NCBI GenBank assembly: GCA_003344405.1 | Contig: NOWV01000121.1 | Span: 62,001-126,000, forward strand | Origin: Trichoplax sp. H2 | Taxonomy: Eukaryota | DNA: 64,000 bases | Reading direction: 5' to 3' | In this document: in pieces, positions 1 to 11,483 of the stretch | Numbering within the stretch: the stretch's first letter is position 1 | Layout: every line of letters starts with the position of its first letter | The notes under the pieces: model-generated | Told to the model about the DNA's origin: nothing | Seen by the model: only the letters and a program-made list of their open reading frames with translations | Databases searched by the model: none | Made by a program: the position numbers and the translations under genes

Positions 1-3000
1 GATTTGGGAACATCACCGATAGTATTCCCATAGTCTAATCGAAAAGCGTCTGCGGTATTTTCATCTATGATGTTTATAAGTTTGACACGATACCATTTGT
101 TGATGTTATTATCATAGTAAGCACAAAAATCACCAACACGGATATCATCCATGTCGTTGCTTTTATCTGCACTATAAAATTTGGTCAAACGATCCTCTAA
201 ATTTTCAAAGTATACACGTTCTCTACTTAAAGGTTGAACCCAAAATTCTGACGGGGATTTAATAGCAGTTACATAAACCGGTTGAAATCCATCATTTTTG
301 AATAGTTCCATAGTCACCGATACACCTTATAAAGGTCGAAGTAATGCAAATTTACTAATCTGTGCATAGATCTTTAAATTAATGGAGGTATCATTTAAAA
401 ATCCTGCAAAATTATCGTATGCTAGTAATTCCGTTATATTTGTATAACCTGGAGCTTTAGTTTCCCTTTCTATAAACATTGCATCAGCACAACGAGATTC
501 CACGTATGATTTAGCCTGTAGTACTGAAACCAAAATTATAAAAAGTTATTCGATGAAGATAAATGAGGTAAAATAACAGCAAACTATAATCTATACTACT
601 GTACTTAGCTGCAATTTTACATAGCTTTCCTATTGTATGTCACATTCGATTATGCTAATTCATTTAAATGAGGAACATTTCAACTATTTAAGTATCCAAT
701 TGGTGACCAACATACCATCATAGAGGTTACCAGTGATGACGCATAGACTATGTTCAGGACTGTATTGAAAATTAGGAGGTTCCAAAGCTATGCAAGCGCC
801 AGTTTTCAATGTTAACCTTCTTAAGCAAGCTCCATGACGTCCCATAAATCGATCATACACTTCCATAGGAATTTTAACAATAGCAGTAAAGTCATCTATT
901 CTACATTGTATAAATTCCGAAAGGGCAGATTCCGCAATTCGAACATTGTCTGAGCTGCCTTCAATGACGGCAATGTAATCTAATCCGTTATCCTACAAGT
1001 ATAAAATTCGATATTTATTGTCCATGGCAGCGCGTGCGATAGATCGCAATTATTACTGAAATTATTTTCTACTGCATTCTATTTACATCACATGCATGAC
1101 TGTAAATAATAAACCAAAAAATGATACTAGTGTATACCTAAAATAATGGAAACAGCAAGGTTGATACAAGATGTATACTACAGACATTGTGTAATACTAT
1201 TTGTGACAGGCTTATAACAATTCAGGTTTATCATCTCAATATAGGTATTTCATCAGAATTTTTAAGTTTGTAATTTTAGATAATATCAAATACATTGTAG
1301 TATATATCAAGTTGCAAGAGGGACACAGGATAATTGTTTCAATTAAGGAAAGATACGTTCTGTAAATTAAATAATGAAAGTGCTGGCTATTTCAGAAAGC
1401 TTACCTGTAATTTTACGTTTATCTTTACGTTCGCTTTCTCTTCAATGGAACGTAAGTTAGTTTTATTCTTGCCATGCACTTCGTTTATTATATCTGTAAA
1501 AAATTAATTACCATGGGTTATAATACGAACAACAGGACAACAGTCTTAGTACCTACTACTGTCAGTATTATCTCTAGGCCGACTAAAGTGTGTGCTCTAC
1601 AGGAAATTGTTTTACTTTCTTAATTAATTGCACCTCTTGCTAAATATACTACCGTGGCGGTATTTGTGGACAGCGGACACGCAGATTTATGCGTATATTA
1701 CAGTTATTACTTCAGTCATTCATTATAATTGCATTCTTATACAAGATCAACTCTGAGCAAGGAGTATTTTACTGTCGATCTTTCTAACAGTAATGAAATA
1801 TATCAGCATCAATAAATTAATTATAAAACAAACTATACAGTATACTGTAAGCGTATATGCGTCTAATCACGGCTCTCTCTCTGTAACACGGTTAATAGGT
1901 AAAGTACCTATATATGAGTATGGATATTAAAATAACGGTCATTGATTGAGCTTGTTCACTTTCATAATGATACATTCTCTCCAGAGTCTCTCATCTGTAC
2001 ATTTACGAGGTAAATAAAGAAAAGCTTTTGCCTGTATGATCTGTACTGGATGATTCAGGGTATCGTACTAGTGCCAAAAATTGAGTGGGAATGTTGGCAT
2101 CTTTTTACGAGTTCAATGCTGAGCATAAAAATGTACTGCATCGGCAAGCAAACTAACTCCGGAATGATAACACGTATTATATACCAAATTGAGGAAATTT
2201 TTATGCTTGCTGTACTTCCTGAGCTAATTCTATGGAACAGAAATAGGCTGATAAAGTATAGGAAACATTGCACTGTGGTAGAGTGTAAAAGCTACCATAT
2301 TGTCATTAATACGAGGTTTACGCGAGTACACCTGAGCAATTTTAGCAACACCAAATTGAGAAAATTTCCATGTTTCCTGTACTTTATGAGCTCATTTTAT
2401 ACAAAAAGAAATAGCGGATAAAATGTACGTCATTACTGCTATTAATAAGAGCGTTATGGGAGTAAATATAGTTAGTACACTCATTAGCAACTAAATGTAA
2501 GATATACAGTAGTGAGTGTACACTACTAAGCCTCATTACTGAATTGCTGTACTGCCCATTGTGCATCTTATTGCTTCATAGTTTATGAAATGGGATAAAT
2601 CTAGACAAGCAACGAGTATTTTTAGATCATTTACTGTACCTTCATTCCAATAGTTTCAGAAGATGAATCATTAGAACATTCATTGAGTACAGTATACTGT
2701 AATAATATACGCATACAAATACATCCATCACGCAAGCATGGCATAGTGCTTTAGATTACCCATAAAGTAGCTGCGCTATTTGCATAGCAGCTCCTGCGAT
2801 TGCAAGATACTTGCACATCAAATGGAGAGTTGTATGTGAAACTAACGACTGTTGCTATTGAAATTTATTTGGATCATCATATCATCATCCAATTTCTATT
2901 GTACTTTGTGTAGTTAGCCATGGCTATTGGAGAATACGAATCTACCGTACGTATATACAGTATCGTTATGGATTGAGAATATAATTTTACTCTATGATGT

Positions 3001-3425
3001 TAAAGCTCACATGCTATCCAAGCGAGTTCAACCAAACCAATGTAAAATCTTATGTAATCCTGCTATGTAGTATTGCAATACAAACGCTAGCTTTGTGCAA
3101 AATATTTCATTACTTTACAGAAGTGTTTTACTTCATCTTTCGCACAATATTAACATGCGATGGGAGAGTTTTTGTTGACCATGCTTGGATTCAAACCTGC
3201 AGCGAGCACACACACTACAGTAGTGTAACATTTGTGGATACACAATCATTCATTAAGATCATTTCTCTAACCTTTTGGAATGGTTACTATGATAGTTATC
3301 ATTTCTGTAAATTGCACAGAGTGATCATTCTTTTTATTTTTCCACCAAAGGAAAATAGCAAATAATGTCACTGCGGAGAGAGAATATCGGTTGACTAGCC
3401 TGCCATACCATGGATGTCCAGCCAT
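1..3425 (-). CDS. TDRKH: Tudor and KH domain-containing protein (TDRKH/Papi-like), 3' end outside window
   Basis: Phase-consistent GT-AG exons 3425-3272, 1493-1405, 992-716, 523-449, 325-<1. Protein: N-terminal hydrophobic anchor (SLSAVTLFAIFLWWKNKK), KH1 (ITIIVTIPKDIINEVHGKNKTNLRSIEEKANVKI), KH2 (RFMGRHGACLRRLTLKTGACI), extended Tudor (VYVTAIKSPSEFWVQ...KWYRVKL...LDYGN). TM-KH-KH-Tudor is the TDRKH architecture. Confidence 0.85.
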
Positions 3426-3699
3426 TGCAAAAGAATTGAATAATTTTTTCTATTCTACTACTTTGAAACCCCAGTAGGAAACTGTTAATAATCCACGTGT
3501 CCAGTTAATTACTCTCCAATAGATTATCCCTTGTTCTTATTCAATTCAAGGTTACTCTAATCCCTTCAAGCGTTAATTTAAAGCGATTTCCTGCTGTATT
3601 TACTATACAATATTTGATCTTTCAACTGCTTTTGGCGGAATGCAAATGGTAGAAGGGAAGTCGGATTTTCTAACGTTACTGTCTTGTCTGCCGTCTAGT

Positions 3700-5300
3700 C
3701 CGTCCACAGTACGTGCCACTGTAAAGTACGGTACACTGTACTGTACTGTACTGTCTGAACTGTACATTGTACAGTACAAGGATTTCCATCCTGGTACCGG
3801 TATCACTAATCTAGACCGAGTTGGGTTCGGTTCGGTTCGGTTCAATACCTTTATGATCTACTGTATATGACTAAACCTCGATCAAATTGCATTTCATCTA
3901 ATGTTGGAGTTAGCAAAATGAGCAGTAGTACAGCAGGCACTGTGCTTATCCTTATTTTTGGGCATGATGATGGTGATAAGATACTACAATTCGAGCTAGC
4001 TAGCTAATAATTAAGTCATAGCAGTGATTCATCTCAGAAATTCAATCTATTCTCCATTCATATCATTCCTACAACATGATATCACAGAGGGAATTGGATA
4101 ATGGATATGTTGATGAGGCGATTTCATGCAGTAGTTACAATCACTGGTGTAGTACAGACGGTATGCCTTCTTCATGCCTGTACTGCAAGTGTCAGCATCT
4201 ATCAGCATGGAAATAAACGGCTTAAAGTGAAACTGCAACTCTCACAGTGTGCTGATGTACTGTCAGGGACTACTCAAAATCGTAATTAGCTTCCTGGTAG
4301 TATCGTATACGGTTTCATCTCTAACGTAGAGTAGAATGATGGAAAAAATGATCAACCTCCACATTATTTTGCACTGTGGTCGTTTCCTATCCCATCTCTT
4401 TTCTTTTGGAGTAGTCGCTGGTACTGTACAGTACTGACTTTTCGATTATGCCGTGGAAAAGAACGAGAGAATCACCGTTTTAGTATCCACATGGACTCTA
4501 CTCAATACTGTACTTGCAGCAAACCTATTGAACAAGGGGGATGTCATGATGGCTACAATAATACGGTAATAATATTCTATTCTATTACGCGTGATTTGCA
4601 TAGGTAGATGTATATGAACAGTACATGGATACTCTGCATTCATCAATATTATCATGTAGAATAATGTCCGTCTTCTTACTGCCACACAGGACTCTTTTCC
4701 TTGATATCGATCTCATCTTCATCCTCTGCATCCTCTACCCTACGTGTCCTTCTCAGTTTATACAGTTACAGTATCACACCCTCTACAGTGTACAGTGTAC
4801 AGTAGTATATCTTCTGATTATACAGTACTGTACTGTAGAGACCAGCGTTGTTGATAATGTTGAATGTTATGGCAAAATTTACTGTACATGTATTCAAAAT
4901 GCAGACCAAAAAATCGAGCTTTGTTGAAATCTCTATGACTGTAATGGACTGTATAGTGTCTAATACTCTAAACTCCTTTTGCATGTGGAGCATGTCCATT
5001 TCCCGTCCATTCTGCAGATCTTCTCACCTTCATAAAATCTCATCCTCTACTGTACACTGTACAGTACACTACGTGTCATTCTCTGTTCGCACCATACAAG
5101 AGTTAACAAACTATAGCACAGTATAGTTATACAGTATCACACATGGTACTGTATGAACAGTACAGTGTACAGTGTACAGTACTGTGCCTTCTAATTGTAC
5201 TGTGCTCTGTACTCTACAGTGTACGGTGTACAGTATGGAGTGCCTTTCTACGGTATGTTGTACTGTACTGTACTGCACTGTACCATGGGCTGCATTTAAA
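3700..5300. repeat. TACAG/CTGTA pentamer-rich patches in the TDRKH/MCCC2 divergent interval
   Basis: Runs such as gtacactgtactgtactgtactgt (~3731) and dense patches at ~4785-4835 and ~5045-5285; they generate spurious YCTVQYSTV ORFs. Confidence 0.8.
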
Positions 5301-5435
5301 ATACTGACCAAAGTATCATAGCTTGTTGAAATCTCTATGACTGTAATGGACTGTATGGTACTCGAAACTCCTTTTGCATCTAGAGCATGTCAGTTTCCGT
5401 CCCTCTGAGATCTTCTACTGATTGAAATCGTCAAC
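4896..5435 (+). repeat. Diverged ~140-bp direct repeat (4896-5043 and 5298-5435) upstream of MCCC2
   Basis: Identical 34-mer ttgttgaaatctctatgactgtaatggactgtat at 4921-4954 and 5323-5356, with alignable flanks (aaactccttttgcat...agcatgtc...agatcttct). Confidence 0.9.
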
Positions 5436-5469
5436 CAAACCCACTAGAATTGATTAGGCGATCAAGACC

Positions 5470-8400
5470 ATGGCTACCATGAACAGATTGCAGAGGTGTA
5501 CAATTCTTGGAAGATCTTTGATATCAAATAAAAAGTTACTCGCTCTTAGCTATCATGACGAGAGTAGATCCAGTGTTATTCCATCAACTGTGGTTACCAA
5601 TTCTAGTGAGTACAAGGTCAGTTTGCAAGGATATCGCTTTGTCTGATGAGAGCGAATTCATGGTTGTAGAGTATGTTGCCAATTATGCATTACTTCGGTT
5701 CAATGCAGATAGACTGCAGTAATTTGATCGACCACTCCCAAGAAAGAAGTGAAAGCTTCTAGCTTGCTTTACCACTTACAAGTTGCAATCTTATTCCTTA
5801 CTTTAATTCCTATTAGTAGCCTTTTAATCTGGACCAATAGTTTGCTTTCATCAAATTACTTATACACGTACGCGTATACTTTGAGTGGACAGTAGAATCA
5901 GGATAGCGGGATGCAGTATTTGACGTGTACGACGTGCACTATATCGTCCTCATCAAAGATTCTCTACTTTTGTAGAAGGTCTGTCGTTCTGTACAGCCAA
6001 AAACAAGACGAGCAATATACTACATTAACTGTAGTAAACTTAAAAATAATGCAGTAATTAACTTCTATTGCTTAATCTGCTATCTATCTTCAAATGAATC
6101 TGATATTAGGAAAACTACTCACAAATGAAATCTGTCGTTGATGACCTACGCCAAGTGGTGGACAATATTAAACTAGGTACAACAACTTTATACAACTGTT
6201 ATAAATTGTCGTTTTGATATTCTTATTAGAGTATAAATATACAGTAGGAGTGATCACAACTGAATATTGTATAGTCTATGCATACGTCATCACTTTAGCT
6301 AGTGATTTCTATTCTAAATCCGCTGCCTCTTTAAAAGTCCCTATTGATGCATGGACGCGTAGATGCGTATTCAACAGCTAGCATTATTGTTATAATTGAG
6401 AAGAATGAATGAATTCTCTTAAACATCTAGCTACATGCATAAGATGCAATAGCCTTTGTACCATCAACAAAATATATTAGCGGCTAATCATTTTAGCAGT
6501 GCAGTAACTGTTGGCTTGCGGCTGCAAACCTGCTCGTAAAAGCAGAAAAAAGTGCGACACCAAATTACTGTACGATCCATTACTATTGCGCGTTCACACA
6601 TCTGATAATACTATCGTTTAGAAACATTCAAAGTTTTACAAATATCCGTTGATATCGCCAAGCCCATAGTGCAAAAGTATGCATTTGCAATACCCTCTAA
6701 GTTTATGCGTACTACGGTAGGAATACTTAGAAATCTTTATAGATACGCACAAAAACTTGCTTGATTATACAGTATAGTCTATAGCTATTTTATAGGCACG
6801 AAAATCAATTTTATATTAGTATATATAGGCATCAATTTGTTATTTAATTTATCTTAAGGCGGAGGAGAAAAGGCTAGGCAACGCCATCTGTCGAAGAATA
6901 AGCTACTGCCGCGCGATCGCTTAGATAAACTTATTGATCCTGGGTAAATCTCAATCCTTCACCATGCTAATTTTACAAAATTTCTATAGACGCTTTACTC
7001 ATTAGCCATATTATACGTTGTTTTTCAATCGATGTTGGGATGGTATGATTTTCCATGAATAAGTTCGCCTTTCCTTGAGCTATCTCAACTCGCTGGACAT
7101 AAATGCTACGGTAAAGAAGAAGTTCCAGCTGCTGGCATCGTCACAGGAATCGGCCGTGTCTCTGGGTATTACATTTATCTTATGAGTCATTTTACGTTAA
7201 AATGAATACAATAAATAATAATCTATTAATTTCTATTTCAGTTTGGCTCAATAAGTATTTACTTTCTGAAATTTTGCGTTAAAACACCTAAATAATGTAT
7301 CATTACTAATATAGAGCCGAATGCGTAATTGTTGTCAACGATCCAACTGTCAAAGGAGGTACCTACTATCCATTAACAGTTAAGAAGCACCTTCGAGCTC
7401 AAGAAATTGCTCACCAAAATCAATTACCATGCATTTATTTGGGTAAATTTATGGATCGATCGCTATCGTATAACTGTCACTACATTACATTTTACTTCGC
7501 ACACCGAATGAAAGTTCGCTAACATAATGAGTTATGATTGTCTCAGGCTTTCTCTATTGCTCTATGGCCTGTATTTATTATTTTTCAATACCTTCATAGT
7601 TGATTCAGGTGGAGCAAATCTACCGCGCCAAGATGAAGTATTTCCTGATGTTGGCCATTTCGGAAGAATATTTTACAACCAAGCTAACATGTCTTCTGAT
7701 AGAATACCACAGGTACTAAAGACGGCTTGTATCTAGGTGGACCTCAAATGTTCCCTTAAAGTTTAACGCAAAGTACTGAGTTATTAGCGTGCAGTATCTA
7801 CTTTCAACAGTTTATGTCGATCAACTGATCGCACGCAACAATACTTTACAGTGTATTTAATTCGCATATCCTAATGTAACCTTATGAAACTTGACCATAG
7901 CTAAATATTTTTAAGCTTTACTATATCTCTGAACCTAAATCGATCTTAATTAATGAAATATACAGAAAAAAATTCAATACCGTACGTGATCTGAATACAT
8001 CCTATTCTTTACTAGATGAAATAATGACCTTGCAACTTGCTTACTGTTCGTTAAAGCTAGTGGGGATAATCTACGTACGCAATCTAAATGAGCAAACATC
8101 TCTTTATTAGTTGAATTATCTGTCATCAGGTCATGCAATCGATCATCGGTGTTAGGCCGGTGTACTATAGGTCCAATAGCTGCTAACACCTAGGTGATAC
8201 CTATTTCGTCTATCTATGAAACTGATTACTATTTTATATAGTTTGATACATCGTAGTGTCGTATTCTTACTTATCCCCTCTAATAATACTTGATCTAACA
8301 TTAAAATACATATCTGAAATTTGAAGGTCGCTGTAGTATTAGGTTCGTGTACTGCCGGTGGTGCTTATGTGCCTGCTATGTCTGACGAAGTAGTTATGGT

Positions 8401-10620
8401 TAAAAATCAAGGAACTATATTCCTGGGTGGACCTCCGTTGGTAATATTTTAGATAGCACCTTATCGATAAATTTTGTATATCATACTATCTTAAGATACA
8501 GTATAGCTAAATCTTTAATCACAATATTTAAATTGATACATTGTATAAATTCATTCATCTAGGTCAAAGCTGCCACTGGAGAAGTCGTTAGTGCTGAAGA
8601 ACTCGGTGGAGCTGAAGTTCACTGCAGGTGAACATGCTACTGTATAGTATCAACGTTAATTAAAGTAAACTCCAACCCGGCATCATTCACTCATATACTT
8701 GTGCCTTTTAATAGCGTTTCTGGAGTGAGTGACCACATGGCAATGGACGACGAGCATGCGTTACATATTGCTCGTCAAATTATCTCTAATTTAAATTATA
8801 AAAAGGAAGTTCAAGTAAGTATCAGACGTTAAATGTGATTTCATTTATATCAACTCGTTTTAGATTCTTATCATAGCTTATCATTTCTGTAATTGCTTGA
8901 ACATAATTCACTATGAGTTTTAAATCCATTAAGAGCGTTATGCAGCCCCCTGAAAAACCGGCCTATCCATCGGATGAAATTTACGGCATAGTAGGAACAA
9001 ATCTGAAGAAAAGTTACGATGTTAGACAGGTATTAAGTTATAATGTTTACAACACGCAGAACTATGTAAGAAATAATCCATTGCTGAAAATGCGAATATA
9101 TGATGTTAAACATATTGTACACCTTTCACAAATTATATATCTATGTTGTAATCCTTCAATTATGCCAATCATTTACAAACAATTGGATATTACATAAATT
9201 TAGGTTATTGCAAGAATAGTCGATGGTAGTAAATTTAACGAATTCAAAGCAAATTATGGCAAAACATTAGTTACAGGTTAGTTGATAAAATAAATAATAA
9301 TTTACAGATAAATTAATTTTTGATTCAGTTATGGTTATAGTCATCATCCCGCCTATAGAATAACTGAAACTGTTCTTCATATATCTTTAGGATTCGCACG
9401 TCTACATGGATACCCAGTTGGTATTATTGCCAATAATGGTATCCTATTTTCAGAATCGGCACTAAAGGTATTGACAAACACGAAATATCGATATCAGCAG
9501 TTTATGCATATCACATAATCTTCATTTTCATGGCATGATAGGCTACACATTTTATTGAATTATGCTGCCAGCGAGACATCCCTTTAATATTTCTTCAAAA
9601 TATTACTGGTAGGCTATCGCATTTATAATTATATCTTGCTTACTGTAGTTGAAACGGTGATAAATCAAAATCTAATCGCAGTATATACATACGTTTTGAA
9701 CTTCTATTCACTATAGTGAAATGTGTTGTAACAGTCGTCTGATTTTTGTTAATATTTAGGATTTATGGTAGGGAAAGAGTATGAAGCAGGTGGTATTGCA
9801 AAGAATGGTGCTAAAATGGTTACCGCTGTCGCTTGTGCCAAAGTACCAAAATTTACTGTTATTATTGGTGGTAGTTATGGAGCCGGTAATTACGGCATGT
9901 GTGGTAGAGCCTACAGGTAACCATACTCTACAAGTCTAGTTCTGAACATGATTTCATAAAAGCGAAAGATTAAACAATAGGACCTATAAGAGCCGAATAC
10001 GAAATGTAATACTGAATTTTAAAATAATACCATTTATGCGCTTCTTCAGTCCGAGGTTTTTATTCACATGGCCAAATACGAGAATATCGGTAATGGGAGG
10101 AGAACAAGCTGCAAACGTTCTGGCTACTGTCGCAGCGGATCAGAGAAAACGTGAAAATAAACAGGTAACAAAGCCAAATCCTTTAGCCTCGACATATTGT
10201 ATGTATCAAATATTTATTGCATTTACAGCATTAGAATATTCTAATACAAGCTTACTTTACGTCGATGTAGTGGACAGAAGAAGAAGATAAAGCTTTAAAA
10301 GAGCCAATTATTAAAAAGTATGAGAAAGAAGGACATCCATACTATTCATCTGCAAGGTACTTCTAACTAATATTACCGTTTAATAAGAATGATTTAGTGG
10401 ACTAACATATTGCATACTGTACATCGTGGAGCAAACAAATGTTCAACTATATGTTAGTTCAGGCCATAGTGTTATTATTTATTGAAAACATTCCTATTTC
10501 AGGTTATGGGACGATGGAGTTATCGATCCATCCGATACAAGAACTGTTTTAGGATTATGCCTAAGTTCAACTTACAACACGTCCCCGCAGAAAACTAAAT
10601 TTGGCGTATTTCGAATGTAA
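5470..10620 (+). CDS. MCCC2: Methylcrotonoyl-CoA carboxylase beta chain, mitochondrial
   Basis: 17 phase-consistent GT-AG exons: 5470-5616, 6110-6176, 6859-6943, 7064-7165, 7315-7442, 7600-7712, 8327-8440, 8563-8627, 8715-8814, 8934-9029, 9204-9276, 9391-9467, 9542-9608, 9760-9916, 10050-10164, 10271-10356, 10503-10620. Motifs [49 protein letters not shown] and C-terminal FGVFRM. Confidence 0.97.
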
Positions 10621-11483
10621 ATTAGGACATACAATAGACGAAATTACGATTATAATTTTCGTTAAATTGAAATTCACAAGCTATATTTTGGACATTTAAT
10701 ATAGAATGGATTAATATGCAGTATGATCATAGTTAACATAAAGATGTTTCTTGGTTAGAGTTTCACTTTGTGTTATTTACATGGAAAATTTTAAAATACA
10801 TACTGAAAAATTTTGATGGCCAGTACGATTTCATGCAATAGAGATATGTACTGCAATTACTGTCGCTTATTGCAACTACAGTTTTGCTAACTGCATTTAA
10901 GATACTAAAAATAAAATTGTTTATCAGTTTTATTAAATATTTTGCTGTTGATATCGGTTACAGTAATAAGTAGTAGCGCCAATTATACCCTTCTACTTAC
11001 AAACAGCTGAACGTAGTCTTTCCAATAGATTAAATCAAAGCGTAATTTGTCTACTTTAAATTAAATTCCTTTTTGAATTCCTCATAATCTATCTATAGAC
11101 GCTACTCTTACTAACCAATCACTCCTTCGTAGTTAATTGTATTATTTACGCGGTTAGAAATTTTAATATGGATCGATTTGCAGATCAAAGGTATTGCATT
11201 GCAATGTAACTTCATTGAGAACAAGTTTATTACAAATTTTCGAAATCTTTTAAAAGACATAAAAAGCAACCGATTCGGAAATTGCTAATATACAAGAAGC
11301 TTTACACTTTTCAACGGTTAACTGACAGAAAATTCTTACTTTTAATAATTAACAAATTATTTATAATCTGTTAATCATTCCGAATATCACATTCAGGCAA
11401 CCTTAAAATCTCACATATTTGATTAATAGAAATACCTACTTTAATGTAGTCCAACTGATATATGACACGTTTACTTTAACAAA

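Noticed and set aside
2320-2380. hAT-transposase-like peptide KHGNFLNLVLLKLL on the minus strand
   Set aside because: Too short, no extended ORF or TIRs; it lies within a TDRKH intron.
5643-5660. Hammerhead ribozyme core (ctgatgagagcgaat) in MCCC2 intron 1
   Set aside because: No GAAA box after stem II and no convincing stems I and III.
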